In this document: positions 1-10,238 of the stretch, piece after piece
Position numbering within the stretch: the stretch's first letter is position 1
How the letters are laid out: every line of letters begins with the position of its first letter
NCBI GenBank assembly: GCA_021323915.1
Contig: JAJPKB010000642.1
Span: forward strand, 381 to 64,380
From: Chloroflexota bacterium
GTDB lineage: Bacteria > Chloroflexota > UBA6077 > FW602-bin22 > CADDYW01
DNA: 64,000 nt
Reading direction: 5' to 3'
Notes under the pieces: model-generated
What the model was told of the DNA's origin: nothing
Seen by the model: only the letters and a program-made list of their open reading frames with translations
Databases searched by the model: none
Translations under genes and position numbers: made by a program

Positions 1-6
1 CCCTCC

Positions 7-450
7 ATGAGGGGGCAAAGGGAGATAGACACGAACATGGTTCCAACCCCACGGCAAATGCGGTACGTGGCCGTTCTCATGCTCGGCGTGATTCTGCTTG
101 GAGGATTGAGCACCTCCCAATCAGCGGCGAGCTCAGCGGTCGCGACGACGTCTAACGTTTCAATCCAAAACTTCTTTTTCAGTCCTCAAACCTTGACCAT
201 CGCCGTCGGAACAACGGTGACCTGGACGAATGACACCGACAAAACGACGCCGACTAATCACACCGTCACCGCAGATGACTCCTCATTCGATTCCAAAACG
301 CTGACTCCGGGCCATAGCTTCTCTTTCACGTTCAACTCCCCTGGTACCTACAATTACCACTGTAATATCCATCCATTTATGCACGGCTCAATTGTCGTCC
401 AGGCCACGCCGATCGAGCAAATCTTTCTGCCATTCATCGCAAAGAATTGA
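7..450 (+). CDS. Cupredoxin (plastocyanin/amicyanin-like) blue copper protein with N-terminal membrane anchor or signal
   Basis: 147-aa ORF. It has a hydrophobic N-terminal segment (VAVLMLGVILLGG). The C-terminal type-1 Cu ligand pattern is YHCNIHPFMHG (Cys-x2-His-x4-Met), with an upstream His in TNHTV. Confidence 0.8.
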   Translation: MRGQREIDTNMVPTPRQMRYVAVLMLGVILLGGLSTSQSAASSAVATTSNVSIQNFFFSPQTLTIAVGTTVTWTNDTDKTTPTNHTVTADDSSFDSKTLTPGHSFSFTFNSPGTYNYHCNIHPFMHGSIVVQATPIEQIFLPFIAKN

Positions 451-1414
451 GCCGAGCGAGAAGCTGTCTTCGCGCCTCGGCGGGCAGAGTCGGCTCTCGC
501 TCGAGTTCACGGATGAGGTCCGCCCGAGTAATCACAGCGAGCTCGCCTGCCCAGACCCGGTGGGCAACCCGCTGCACGGCCTGTATCCATGGCTCGAAGG
601 CGAGCGCACGGGCCAGTGCCTCGAACCGCGGCCAGTCAGCAGCCAAGTCCGGATCCAGAATCGAGACACTGCAGCGGCCGTGCGCCGCTCGGAAGCCGGC
701 TTCCCAATCGATATCCGGGATAAAAATCCGATTCGGCGCGGCCAGGTCGACATGGGCGACCCGCGGCTGGATATCTTTGAGAATGTAGAGAACGGCGACG
801 GTTTGAACGATTTGTCGGGTTGCCGAGCTTGGCGAGGCGATTGCCCCGGGATTCACCAAAAGCACGTCATCCTGGAGGCACGTCATCGGCACGTGGGTGT
901 GGCCGGAGACGACGACGGATGCCCCGACCCGTCGCCCAGCCGCGGCCAGGCGAGCCAACTTTGGCGCCCAGACGTCATCCTGCCGCCGGGCACGTTCCTC
1001 GTCCGGATCCGGGCTATGGCCGTGATGGAGCAAAATCCGCTGTCCAGCCACGGCAATCAATTGCTGGACTGGTAGCTCACGCTGGGATTCCGGGGAATCG
1101 TCGTTGCCGTGGACGGCGATGACCGGAGCAATGCGACCGAGCTGATCGAACACCGACAGCTCGCCGACGTCGCCCGCGTGCAGGACGAGGTCGACGCCGC
1201 GCAAAACCTCGAACACCGCGGTTGGTAGCTCTCGCAAGCGCCGGGAAAAGTGCGTATCGGAGATCAAGCCGAGGCGGGCGACAATCTGGCCAGGGTCAAT
1301 GCCGGGCGGGAGATAGAGATCTTCAAACAAGGCTTTTCTCCAGGCCGGTCCCGGACGATCTGAAGCTCGGCGGACAGACCGTGACTGTTCGAGTGTCATC
1401 ACCAGCAAACCCAA
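434..1414 (-). CDS. Metallophosphoesterase (calcineurin-like, YfcE/MJ0936 type) with extra C-terminal helical region
   Basis: Ordered motifs ISDTHF, HAGD, VHGNDD and GHTH. A roughly 130-aa C-terminal extension has no recognisable motif. Confidence 0.8.
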   Translation of the reverse strand: MGLLVMTLEQSRSVRRASDRPGPAWRKALFEDLYLPPGIDPGQIVARLGLISDTHFSRRLRELPTAVFEVLRGVDLVLHAGDVGELSVFDQLGRIAPVIAVHGNDDSPESQRELPVQQLIAVAGQRILLHHGHSPDPDEERARRQDDVWAPKLARLAAAGRRVGASVVVSGHTHVPMTCLQDDVLLVNPGAIASPSSATRQIVQTVAVLYILKDIQPRVAHVDLAAPNRIFIPDIDWEAGFRAAHGRCSVSILDPDLAADWPRFEALARALAFEPWIQAVQRVAHRVWAGELAVITRADLIRELEREPTLPAEARRQLLARLNSLR

Positions 1415-1453
1415 GGGAGCCGGGTTAGAACGGCGGACGGTGGAGTAAGCGTA

Positions 1454-2380
1454 TCATCGCACCTGTCGCTTGAGGCGAGGATCCAGGAAGTCACGCAGTG
1501 CATCGCCGAAGAGATTCACCGCCATGACCGTCAGAGTAATAGCGATGCCGGGAAAGAGGACCAGCCACCAGGAGGGTCGGAAGGCAGCGGCAAGCACGCC
1601 CCCAAGCATATTACCCCAGCTTGGCGCCGGCGGCGGGACGCCAACTCCGAGAAAGCTCAGACCGGCCTCGGCGAAGACAGCCGAGCCGAGGTTGAGCGTT
1701 AGCACCACGAGAAATGGCGCGATGCATTGCGGGGCAACGTGCCGTAGCATGATTTGCCACCGCGTCGCGCCGACACAGCGGGCTGCCTCGACGTAGGCGA
1801 ACGCCCGGGTCGAGATAGCCGCCGAGCGAACGATCCGGGTGCAGCCGGGAACCTGGGTCACCGAGATAGCGATGATGACCGGCAGAATGCCCGCGTTCAG
1901 ACCGATCAAGAGCAGCATCGCCAGGATGAGCGTGGGAAAGGACAAGAGCACCTCGATGATCCGCTGACTGATAAGATCGAACCAGCCGCCGACGTAGCCG
2001 CTCGTCACACCCCAGAGGAACGCGATCGCGCCGCCAATCAGTGTCGAGGTAACGCTGACTAACATCGTGATGCGCGCACCAAAGATGATCCGGCTCAGGA
2101 CATCCCGTCCGAGGTCGTCGGTGCCAAGCACGTGCTGAATCGTTGGGGGATGGCGAGTAACCGCGTAATCCCCGGCCAATGGATCGTAGGGCGCGATGAA
2201 TGGCGCAAAGATGGCAACCAGGAAGACGACGATCAGAAACAGCGCGCCGAGCGTGCCAATCGGCGACAACCGAGCGAAGCGAGCGACGCTATCGAAAGCG
2301 CGACCAATCCCTCTACGCTCGGCGGGCGTTTTGATCGTCAGGAGATCGTCAACTGGGAGAACACGTTGAGCAGATCGCAT
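1454..2380 (-). CDS. Peptide/nickel ABC transporter permease (DppC/OppC-like)
   Basis: Multi-TM protein with the EAA-type loop YVEAARCVGATRWQIMLRHVAPQ. Its start overlaps the stop of the upstream permease by 1 nt. Confidence 0.85.
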   Translation of the reverse strand: MRSAQRVLPVDDLLTIKTPAERRGIGRAFDSVARFARLSPIGTLGALFLIVVFLVAIFAPFIAPYDPLAGDYAVTRHPPTIQHVLGTDDLGRDVLSRIIFGARITMLVSVTSTLIGGAIAFLWGVTSGYVGGWFDLISQRIIEVLLSFPTLILAMLLLIGLNAGILPVIIAISVTQVPGCTRIVRSAAISTRAFAYVEAARCVGATRWQIMLRHVAPQCIAPFLVVLTLNLGSAVFAEAGLSFLGVGVPPPAPSWGNMLGGVLAAAFRPSWWLVLFPGIAITLTVMAVNLFGDALRDFLDPRLKRQVR

Positions 2381-3342
2381 CAGCCCTCATACCGGATCCG
2401 CGGATCGAACCAGCCGTAACTTAGATCGACGAGCAGATTCATGATGGTCACGATGAGGCCGTAGAGCAAGACCATATTCTGGACAAGCATCCAATCGCGC
2501 TGGTTGAGGCCCTGGACGAGCAAGGTCCCCAGGCCAGGAACACCAAAGGCGGTCTCCGTCGCCACCGTCCCCCCGAGGAGTCCCGCGAAGGCGAGGCCGG
2601 AAAAGGTGACGACCGGCAGCATCGCATTTTTCAGCACGTGCCGCGCGAGGATCCACCGCTCACCCAGGCCTTTCGCCCGGGCGGTGCGGACGTAATCATC
2701 CTGCAAGACTTCGAGAACCGTCGCCCGGGTCAGCCGGGCGGTCGCCGCGGCGAGTCCGATGCCGAGCGCGACACCGGGGCCGACCACGATCTCGAGATTC
2801 TTGGCCGGGTCGATCCAAAGGTAGGAAATTGTCAGCGGGGGGCGCCAGTTGAAGTACAGCACGCCGACGAGCACGATGATCAGACCAATCCAAAAGCCCG
2901 GAATGGCGATAAAAACGGTGATCCCGCCCCGGACGAGCAAGTCGAGCCAGGTATCGCGATGGGTGGCGCTGAGGATACCGACCGGAATCCCGGCGAGCCA
3001 GGAGATGACAAGCGCGATCAACGCGATCTCGGCGGTAATTGGACCGCGACGCAAAATCAGATCGCTGATGTGATCGCGCGTCCAAAAGGACTCGCCCAGG
3101 TTGCCATGGGCAACGTCGGCCATCCACTGGATGTATTGGACAAGGTAAGGCTTGTCCAAGCCGAGGCTAGCGCGTGCCGCCGTGATCTGCTCAGGACTGA
3201 GCACGTAGTTCCCCGACGTTTCGCTCGAGATAACTGCGATCGGGTCACCCGGTAACACGCGCATCGCGAGAAAGATAAGCACCGTGATCCCCAAGATGGT
3301 GGGAATCGCGGCCAGGATCCGCCGAGCCAGATAGCTGTGCAC
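2380..3342 (-). CDS. Peptide/nickel ABC transporter permease (DppB/OppB-like)
   Basis: Typical N-terminus MHSYLARRILAAIPT and loop VRTARAKGLGERWILARHVLKNAMLPV. Six predicted TM segments. Confidence 0.85.
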   Translation of the reverse strand: MHSYLARRILAAIPTILGITVLIFLAMRVLPGDPIAVISSETSGNYVLSPEQITAARASLGLDKPYLVQYIQWMADVAHGNLGESFWTRDHISDLILRRGPITAEIALIALVISWLAGIPVGILSATHRDTWLDLLVRGGITVFIAIPGFWIGLIIVLVGVLYFNWRPPLTISYLWIDPAKNLEIVVGPGVALGIGLAAATARLTRATVLEVLQDDYVRTARAKGLGERWILARHVLKNAMLPVVTFSGLAFAGLLGGTVATETAFGVPGLGTLLVQGLNQRDWMLVQNMVLLYGLIVTIMNLLVDLSYGWFDPRIRYEG

Positions 3343-3353
3343 GATATCTCTAC

Positions 3354-5171
3354 CTACTTATCGAGCCACGCCGTCTCGACCCGACCCCACTCGGTCATGA
3401 TGCGCTTGTCCATCGCCAGGCCCTTCACGTATTGCTGCCACATCGGCAGGTGGAACGTATAGCCAATGAGGAGCCAGGGTGGGTCCTGATCGAGGATATC
3501 CTGCATCTGGTCTAGGTACTCACGACGCTTGGCGTGGTCGAGCTCGGCGTCGCTCTTCGCCAGCAGGTCATCGAACTTCGGATTCGAGTAGCCGCCGTAG
3601 TTCTGCGAGGCGCCGGTTTTGAAGTACAGGTTAGCGATCGGCGAGAAGTCCGGGATCGATCCGCCGGGCGTGTCGAGGACCATGCCGAACTTACCGGACC
3701 GCTCCTGCTCGCCGAGCAACGAGCGCTCCTGGACGCGAATCTTTGCCTCGATGCCCAGGTTGCGCTTGAGCTGGTCCTGGACTGCCGGCGCCATGATCTG
3801 CGCGTGCGGCGCGACCGACGCCGAGAGAAAGTCGAGCCCGCTGATCCCATCCTTGTAGCCCGCGTCCGCCAAAAGCTTTTTCGCTTGCGCGATGTCGGCG
3901 GATTTGTCTGGCCGGTAACCGGGCAGCGTCGCGATCTTGTCCGGCGGCGTCGCGTACTCGTCGCCGTGGGGCACCCAGCGGGTCAGGTCGATCCACTCCT
4001 GGGTAATGTAAGCCTGGATCAGATCCTGACGGCTGATGGCGAGCGAGATCGCCTGGCGCACCCGCGGGTCATCGAGCGGCTTCTGCTTGCAGTTGAAGAT
4101 CACCGCGTAGGCACCGAAGTTCGGCAGCTTGTTCGCGAGCACGTTGTGCTTCGCACTCTCCTGCCAGGTCTCGCGCGAGGCGTTCCAGGTCATGTCAGAC
4201 TGATCGGTCAGGACCGCCGTGCCGCGGTCGGACCAGGCCGGGACGTGGAGCAGCTCGAGCTGGTCGAGGTAAGGCAGATCTTTATCCCAGTAGTCGGGAT
4301 TACGGACGAAGGTCCACTTCTCAGCCTGCCTGTAGTCCTGGTATTTGAAGGCCCCGGTTCCGGGGGCGATCACTTTGCGCAGATCGTTGTTGTACTTGTC
4401 GAGCCAGGCCTTCGGGTAGATCACCAGATCCGGCAGCGCGAGAACCTCCATGAAGAACGCCTGCGCCTTCTTCAGCATGAATGTGACGGTCATGTCGTCG
4501 GACTTCTCGACGCTGGCGACCTGGTCGAAGAGTGTATGCAGCGGGATCGCGATCCCGCTGGGCGGCTTGACGATCCGGGTGAACGTCGCGACGACGTCGT
4601 CGGCCGAAAACGGCGTGCCATCGTGAAACTTGACGCCCGACCGGAGGTGGAACGTATAAGTGAGACCATCCGGCGAGACGTCCCAGCTCTGGGCCAGGTC
4701 CGGAATGATCGTCCGCAAGCCGTCGACCAGATTACGCCGAACGAGGCCGTTGTACATCTGACAAAGTACCGCCGTGGTCGCGCCCTGGTGGATGTCGTAG
4801 TGCGGCGTGGTCACGCCGAAGCAGTTACGCAGAGTGCCACCACGCTTGGGGGTGCCATCGGTCGGGCGCATGAGGCCAGCTTCTGCGCCCTGAGCGACCT
4901 GGGCCTTCGCGGGCACGATTGTCGGGACGGCGGCCGGCGCCGTGGCCGGGGCCGCCGTTGGAGCGGCCGAAGCAGTTGGAGCAGTTGCAGCGCTCGGGGC
5001 AGGCGCCGCGGTCGGCTGCGCCTGGGTCTGAGGCTTAACCGTCGGCGAAGGCGTAACCGTCTGTTGCTGACACGCGACGAGGATAGGAACGAGCGCACCG
5101 GTGGCCGCTAACCTACCAAAGGTCCTGAATAGACCACGTCGGCTAACCCGTTGACCTCCTTTGGACAACAT
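3354..5171 (-). CDS. ABC transporter substrate-binding protein, family 5 (peptide/oligosaccharide)
   Basis: Twin-arginine/lipoprotein leader SRRGLFRTFGRLAATGALVPILVAC followed by a Pro/Ala/Thr linker. The roughly 500-aa body is family-5-like (DLAQSWDVSPDGLTYTFHLR). The start was chosen at the ATG at 5171, preceded by GAGAGG; the ORF extends to 5189. Confidence 0.85.
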   Translation of the reverse strand: MLSKGGQRVSRRGLFRTFGRLAATGALVPILVACQQQTVTPSPTVKPQTQAQPTAAPAPSAATAPTASAAPTAAPATAPAAVPTIVPAKAQVAQGAEAGLMRPTDGTPKRGGTLRNCFGVTTPHYDIHQGATTAVLCQMYNGLVRRNLVDGLRTIIPDLAQSWDVSPDGLTYTFHLRSGVKFHDGTPFSADDVVATFTRIVKPPSGIAIPLHTLFDQVASVEKSDDMTVTFMLKKAQAFFMEVLALPDLVIYPKAWLDKYNNDLRKVIAPGTGAFKYQDYRQAEKWTFVRNPDYWDKDLPYLDQLELLHVPAWSDRGTAVLTDQSDMTWNASRETWQESAKHNVLANKLPNFGAYAVIFNCKQKPLDDPRVRQAISLAISRQDLIQAYITQEWIDLTRWVPHGDEYATPPDKIATLPGYRPDKSADIAQAKKLLADAGYKDGISGLDFLSASVAPHAQIMAPAVQDQLKRNLGIEAKIRVQERSLLGEQERSGKFGMVLDTPGGSIPDFSPIANLYFKTGASQNYGGYSNPKFDDLLAKSDAELDHAKRREYLDQMQDILDQDPPWLLIGYTFHLPMWQQYVKGLAMDKRIMTEWGRVETAWLDK

Positions 5172-5325
5172 CGCTGCACCTCTCAGCATTAATTATGTGC
5201 GACCGAGTGTACCTTACTGTCCCCAGCCCGTCAATAAGACCAGGAGCGCCGGTTCGAAACCGGGGCCAATCCGGCCCCGGCCGTCCACGACGCGACCGCC
5301 TAGTGGAACAAGCGTCGATTCCTTT

Positions 5326-6006
5326 TCATCTGGGAGCGGCGCTCGGGCGTCGGCTACTCTCTCCCGCGACGAAGGCGACGTCATTCCAGGCGGCGCCCAG
5401 CTCGCTGATCGCACGGAAGATAGGATAGAGGTCGGCCCAAAGGGCGTCGGTCAGCTCACGCGCCGCTTCCTGGTCCCCTTCGGCCACCGCGCGCTTGAGA
5501 GCAAGGGCGTTCTGCTCCTGACTCGCCGTCGTCTGCTGGACGATCTGATTGAGCGCTCGCGCCGCCGCGAGCTGGCGATCGATCAGCTCAGCGATCGTCC
5601 CCTCCGGATCCGGGATACCGTCCTGCTTGGGGGCCTTCCAGGTGCCGTAGCGCGGGCGCTGCTTCTGGCCGCCCTCAGCCGGGTCGGCCGTCCAATGAGT
5701 ATGGGTTGGCTCGATGTGAGGGGTCACCGAGAGGTACATCGTCATCGGCACGTCGCCGACCACCCGCACCTGATGCAGCTCATCCCGGCGCGCAAAGCAG
5801 GCCTGGCCCGGTCCCAGCACCGCCCGCTCGCCGGCGATCTCGAACTCGCACTGGCCTTCGAGAACCAGGAACATCTCCTGACCCAGATCGTGGCTGTGCC
5901 GCGCCGCCACCTGGCCGGGCTCCATACGCAGGAAGCGTCCCCGGATCTCCGGTGTGACCACGAAATTGCGAACGTCGGTGCGATAGTCAAAAACCTCCAG
6001 AGGCAT
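5326..6006 (-). CDS. Cupin-domain protein with C-terminal helical extension
   Basis: Cupin motif ARHSHDLGQEMFLVLEGQCEFEIAG. Start taken at the ATG at 6006 (AAAGGA upstream). Confidence 0.7.
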   Translation of the reverse strand: MPLEVFDYRTDVRNFVVTPEIRGRFLRMEPGQVAARHSHDLGQEMFLVLEGQCEFEIAGERAVLGPGQACFARRDELHQVRVVGDVPMTMYLSVTPHIEPTHTHWTADPAEGGQKQRPRYGTWKAPKQDGIPDPEGTIAELIDRQLAAARALNQIVQQTTASQEQNALALKRAVAEGDQEAARELTDALWADLYPIFRAISELGAAWNDVAFVAGESSRRPSAAPR

Positions 6007-6115
6007 TTTCGTATCCTTTCTCAATATTCCCGTTCTACGTCAACGAGGTCGTGCGTGGTAAGATTATCACAACTGACAAATTTGGAGAACATGGCAATGA
6101 AAGGAGATCTGCCAC

Positions 6116-6364
6116 GTGACCGATATTCGATCAAAGATCACGGGCGGAGGACGGGTGGTGATCCCTGCTGAATATCGCCGCGCGCTGGGACTTCACGACG
6201 GCGACGAGGTCGTTCTCCGCTTGATCGACGGCGAAGTGCGGATCATCAGCGTGCGCGAAGCCATTCGTCGCGCTCAGGAGATCGTTCGTCAGTATGTGCC
6301 GCGCGGGCGCTCGCTCGCCGATGAGCTGATCGCCGAGCGGCGTCAGGAAGCCCGCCGTGAGTAA
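6116..6364 (+). CDS. vapB: AbrB/SpoVT-family antitoxin (VapB-like)
   Basis: 82 aa containing [23 protein letters not shown] (looped-hinge-helix signature). AAAGGAG RBS. Overlaps the downstream PIN gene by 8 nt. Confidence 0.8.
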   Translation: MTDIRSKITGGGRVVIPAEYRRALGLHDGDEVVLRLIDGEVRIISVREAIRRAQEIVRQYVPRGRSLADELIAERRQEARRE

Positions 6365-6743
6365 TCCCGTTCTGGACGCGTCGGCAATCCTGGCATTGCT
6401 CAATCAAGAGGCAGGTGCGGAGATGGTCGCGACCTTCGTTGCCGAGGGCGCCGCTGTTAGCGCGGTGAATCTTGCCGAAGTCGTCGCCAAGCTCGGGGAA
6501 GCCGGACTTCCTGAAGAGGCGATCGAGACGGCGCTCGCTTCGCTTGGGTTGGAGATCGTCGACTTCGATGTCGACCTCGCCTATCGGGCGGCTCGCCTTC
6601 GCCCGACCACGCAACACCTGGGGCTGTCTCTGGGTGATCGAGCTTGTCTTGCCCTCGCTCAGGCGCGAAAGCAACCCGTGGTCACGGCCGATCGTTCATG
6701 GGCCACCGTCCCAATCGGTGTGCCAATTCAGCCTATCCGCTGA
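6357..6743 (+). CDS. vapC: PIN-domain ribonuclease toxin (VapC-like)
   Basis: 128 aa. N-terminal [11 protein letters not shown] supplies the first acidic residue, and C-terminal VVTADRSW is present. Translationally coupled to the AbrB-type antitoxin. Confidence 0.8.
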   Translation: MSNPVLDASAILALLNQEAGAEMVATFVAEGAAVSAVNLAEVVAKLGEAGLPEEAIETALASLGLEIVDFDVDLAYRAARLRPTTQHLGLSLGDRACLALAQARKQPVVTADRSWATVPIGVPIQPIR

Positions 6744-7425
6744 CGTCCTCTGGCACGCTCTCCCAGGGCTCGATCTTGAGGCTATCCTCCGGTCCGAGGA
6801 CATGGCGGAGGACTTGGTCGAGAATGTCCTTGCGCTTGGCTGGTGAGGCCGCGCCATAAAAGGCGCTGGCGAGGGTGGCCAGAGCGGGATCCCACTTCTC
6901 CAGATCCGCGAGCAAACGCTTCGCTTTGACGCACCAGCGGCGAGCGAGCCGGTAGCGCAGGACGATCGCCTGGTCCAGCACTCGCCAGAGGGCCGGGTCC
7001 GCCCGCGCTGGATCGGTCGCGAGCACGTCCAAGGCGTCTTCGTAGCGATCGATCAGGCCATAGCGGGCGGCGACGAAGTCGATGCCTTCGAGAGGACGTG
7101 GTCCCTGATCGTAAGCTTGCCGAGCCTTGGCCTGGAGCGATTGAGCCAGCGCGCCATCACGGCTGAAGATGAGCTGGCCGTAGCCGACCATGTGCATGGC
7201 CTGGTAGTTCTCCTCGCGAAACTGGCGTCGACTCTCGTTCTCGGGATTGAGGAAGATCTCGACCAGGACGCCCGACGACGTCACCACCTGACGCCGCTGG
7301 CGAAAGCGGGAGTTGACGATCACGTAGAGATCGACGTCACTCGTCGGGCCAGCCTGGCCACGGAGGAACGAGCCAGCGAGGAAGATTACAAGCGTGGCCG
7401 GCTCGGTTTCCAGTGATGGAAGCAC
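6733..7425 (-). CDS. Nucleotidyltransferase-domain protein (KNTase-like architecture)
   Basis: Pol-beta-type NTase motif GSFLRGQAGPTSDVDLYVIV followed by a roughly 130-aa helical C-terminal domain. GTG start. Confidence 0.7.
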   Translation of the reverse strand: MLPSLETEPATLVIFLAGSFLRGQAGPTSDVDLYVIVNSRFRQRRQVVTSSGVLVEIFLNPENESRRQFREENYQAMHMVGYGQLIFSRDGALAQSLQAKARQAYDQGPRPLEGIDFVAARYGLIDRYEDALDVLATDPARADPALWRVLDQAIVLRYRLARRWCVKAKRLLADLEKWDPALATLASAFYGAASPAKRKDILDQVLRHVLGPEDSLKIEPWESVPEDVSG

Positions 7426-7632
7426 TTCTTCGAGTGCCTGAGAAAAACTTTAAGGACGCTCTACTGGTTCACCGGTCGCAGCAACTCGGCGGTCTACTGG
7501 GTCGCGGTGTCGAACTTCACCAGCGAGCCCGTGGTCTACGGCATTGTCCTGACCGGGGCGAATTTCCCGTCGGGCCTGCCGGCCATCGGAGGATCGTAGA
7601 GTGGGAAGCCGGGCTCCCTCACCCCCTGCCGC

Positions 7633-9471
7633 TCACCGCACCCATAGCATCCCCGCGCGAAACTGGCCAAGCTTTCGCCCGGCGAGCTCGACCGCGATGG
7701 GAATCACCCGAAGGCCGGGCTCGGCCTCGGCGGGCACGGGAATTCGGAAGGACAGCGCTCGCTCGGTACGCCGGGGAATGACCGCGCGGACGACCGGTCG
7801 CGTTTCCCAACCGTGCGGCACAATGGGCTGGCCGCTCGCGAGGCGTGGCGCGCTCGCGTGGTTCGTGACCACAACGTCAAGCGACACGACCGCGCCGGGC
7901 CGTGCGTCCTGCTCGAACGGCTCGGCGCGGAGCCAATGCTCGTCGAGGCCGAAGTTCGGATCCTCCCAGGGCAGGAGGGTGGCGAAGATCGCTTCGCGCT
8001 CGGCGAGGTTGCGTTGCATGAAGCGAATCTCGTCGGCGGTGAAGGCGAAGGCGACCGGGACGTGGCAGTTGAACAGGAGGTTCGGCTGGAGATCCTCGAC
8101 CAGGGCCAGGCAAGCGTCGAAGCCGCGACCGGCGCCGAGAAAGTTGCGATTGCCGGCGCAGTAGTCGTCGATTCCGGCCATCGTAAAGGAGTCGCCGATG
8201 AAGAAGAGCCGCTGGCCGTGGCCTTCGACCAGCAACGCGCCATGGTAGTAGGTCTGACCGGGGAAGTGGTAGGCGGTGAGCCGGAACTCGTGCCAGCGCC
8301 AACTGGTGCCGTGGGTTGTCACCTGATCGATTCGCGCGACAGCGGGGGAGATGCAGGGTAACCGGTAGGCGCGTGGCCGGCGAACGATCGCCGCGACCTG
8401 GGCGTCGGCATAGGTCGGGCAGGGGAATTCCCGTTGGAGCTCCTCGACGAAGTCGACGTGATCGTCGTGATAATGGCTGATCCAGAAGGCGTCGACCTGG
8501 CGAATCTCCCCGCTCGCCTGCCAGTGGCGAAGCTCGTCGAGCACCTTGTGGCTGCCGCAGTCCATCAGCAGCGCCGCGCCGTCGTCGGCGACGATGATCC
8601 AGCTCGTCCCGACGTGGCGGACAAAGTCTGGGATCGCCATTCCCGGTCGAATCGGCATCGCCTCCGGCTGACCGACATAGTCGGCGAACATCTCTGGAAA
8701 GTAGTAGCGTAGCGCGGAGATGCCAGCATAGTTGGCGTAGGCGCGATCGAGGTTCGCGACAAGCGCGTCGATGGCCGAGACCGGATCGGTCATCATGACC
8801 CCGTGCGACGGGATCAGTGCCTGCGCCCCGGCCTCGCGCAGCTTCCGGAGGCTCTGGGCCAGCGCCGTCCGAGCGCCGAGGAAGCCGTGGTAATCGCGAA
8901 TCGTTCGCTCGCCAAATGTGCCACCCCGCTGCAAGCTATACACGTCCCAGAGCTGGCCCGGTCCGTAGATCGCATCTCCGACGAAAGCAAAGCGCTGGCC
9001 CGCGCGCTCGACGAGGTAGGACACGCTGCCGGGCGTGTGACCGGGGGTAGCGAGGACCCGGACGGTCCAGGGGCCAAAAGCGAAAGTCGTGTTCTCGGCG
9101 CCGGTCGCGTCGACCGGGATCGACTCGGCCAGGAGGAGGTCGCTGGGCTGGAAGTTGTACAGGTGCCAGCGAAAGGCCGGATCCTGCCAGAATCGCTCGA
9201 CCTGGGCGAAATAGTCACGCTCACCGGTGGGCACGATGGCGCGGACCAACGGACTGCCCGGCAATTGCCCAAAGCCCGACGCCTGGTCGCGGTGGTAATG
9301 GGTGAAAAGAACCGCCTCGACCTGGCGAATGCCCAGGGCGCTCAGCGCGGGCAACACGTCGCCGTCGCCGCAATCGATCAGCCAGGCACGCTCGCCCTGG
9401 CGCAGAATCCCGACGTTGATCGCGCCCGGATAGACGAAAAGATCCGGGGCGAGGGTAATAAGGTCGTTCAT
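7633..9471 (-). CDS. Double metallo-beta-lactamase-fold hydrolase
   Basis: 612 aa with two MBL modules (HYHRDQ near the N-terminus and HYHDDH in the middle). Its start overlaps the stop of the upstream NTase gene (ATGA). Confidence 0.75.
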   Translation of the reverse strand: MNDLITLAPDLFVYPGAINVGILRQGERAWLIDCGDGDVLPALSALGIRQVEAVLFTHYHRDQASGFGQLPGSPLVRAIVPTGERDYFAQVERFWQDPAFRWHLYNFQPSDLLLAESIPVDATGAENTTFAFGPWTVRVLATPGHTPGSVSYLVERAGQRFAFVGDAIYGPGQLWDVYSLQRGGTFGERTIRDYHGFLGARTALAQSLRKLREAGAQALIPSHGVMMTDPVSAIDALVANLDRAYANYAGISALRYYFPEMFADYVGQPEAMPIRPGMAIPDFVRHVGTSWIIVADDGAALLMDCGSHKVLDELRHWQASGEIRQVDAFWISHYHDDHVDFVEELQREFPCPTYADAQVAAIVRRPRAYRLPCISPAVARIDQVTTHGTSWRWHEFRLTAYHFPGQTYYHGALLVEGHGQRLFFIGDSFTMAGIDDYCAGNRNFLGAGRGFDACLALVEDLQPNLLFNCHVPVAFAFTADEIRFMQRNLAEREAIFATLLPWEDPNFGLDEHWLRAEPFEQDARPGAVVSLDVVVTNHASAPRLASGQPIVPHGWETRPVVRAVIPRRTERALSFRIPVPAEAEPGLRVIPIAVELAGRKLGQFRAGMLWVR

Positions 9472-10238
9472 CCAACAATCTCATCGACAACTGCATTGAC
9501 GAAGCGGACAGTCTCCGCGAAGGTCGCCTCGTGATCCACGTCAGCTTTGTACCAATCTTCGCGCCAGGCTCGGAGGGCCTCACGAATCAGCGGCGCCCAG
9601 GTGGGCATCTCCTTTTCCGCCCATAACGCTGCCTGTCGCTTCGAGCCATATTCGCCGGTTTTGAAGGTATAGAGCGCCCGGCACAAAGTGAGGATGGCGT
9701 AGACCTGAGCGTTGCGGTGGCGGCATTCGCTGACCCAGTCGCGCCAGGCGAACGCGCTCGCTTCAACCGCTTGCACCAGCTCGGCTTTCGAAATCGGAGC
9801 GATGAACCGCCCTGGCGAAGGGCCAAAAAGGGCAACGCCCTTTTCGCGGACGACGTACCAATTGATCAGCCAATCCTTCCCGGCCTCTTTGGTGTGAAAA
9901 GGCTCGCCCGGGCTGGTCACGGCGATCGTGCTGGTCCGCGTCCGAAAGGTTCGAAGCGCCTCGGCTGTCAGATAGATGACTTCGATTCGGTTGTCCCACC
10001 TCGGCTCTTCGTGCGCGATTGCCTGATGCATCGCCCTCAAGCGATCAAGCTCATTCGGCTCGAGAGCAATGGCGGTCACCGCGACCAGATCGAGATCGCT
10101 GACCGCCTCGTCGAAATCGCCGGTCACCAGTGAGCCAGTCACGTAGAGTCCGACCAGCTTGTCACCGAGGATCCCCTGAATCCGCGCCTGGAGCAGCATC
10201 AGCATGCGCCGAACGTCGGCCGATGGTGTGGTCAGCAC
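9468..10238 (-). CDS. Nucleotidyltransferase (ANT(3'')/AadA-like with DUF4111-like C-terminal domain)
   Basis: Motif GSLVTGDFDEAVSDLDLVAV. Start placed at the GTG at 10238 because AGGAGGAGG lies 8 nt upstream; the listed ORF extension to 10433 overlaps the ASCH gene. Confidence 0.7.
   Translation of the reverse strand: MLTTPSADVRRMLMLLQARIQGILGDKLVGLYVTGSLVTGDFDEAVSDLDLVAVTAIALEPNELDRLRAMHQAIAHEEPRWDNRIEVIYLTAEALRTFRTRTSTIAVTSPGEPFHTKEAGKDWLINWYVVREKGVALFGPSPGRFIAPISKAELVQAVEASAFAWRDWVSECRHRNAQVYAILTLCRALYTFKTGEYGSKRQAALWAEKEMPTWAPLIREALRAWREDWYKADVDHEATFAETVRFVNAVVDEIVG

Noticed and set aside
3534-5111. Long antisense or overlapping ORFs in the track (for example 3534-5111, 11161-12312, 13071-14096, 14407-15912, 26362-28191, 30565-31878, 33911-34972, 35507-36577, 36363-37781, 49730-51208).
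   Set aside because: These are shadow ORFs, typical of high-G+C DNA. They are Arg/Pro/Gly/Asp-rich with no motifs, and each lies opposite or out of frame to an ORF with clear domain signatures and an SD site.
5245-5265. tRNA-like T-loop sequence GGTTCGAAACC in the SBP/cupin intergenic region.
   Set aside because: No acceptor, D or anticodon arms can be drawn around it. It is better read as small hairpins (GGGGCC-AATCC-GGCCCC at 5262-5278) downstream of the cupin gene.
7440-7610. Coding-looking + strand frame (..LYWFTGRSNSAVYWVAVSNFTSEPVVYGIVLTGANFPSGLPAIGGS*) between two minus-strand genes.
   Set aside because: It has no start codon or RBS, only ~60 codons and no recognisable family. It may be a gene relic, but that cannot be supported.
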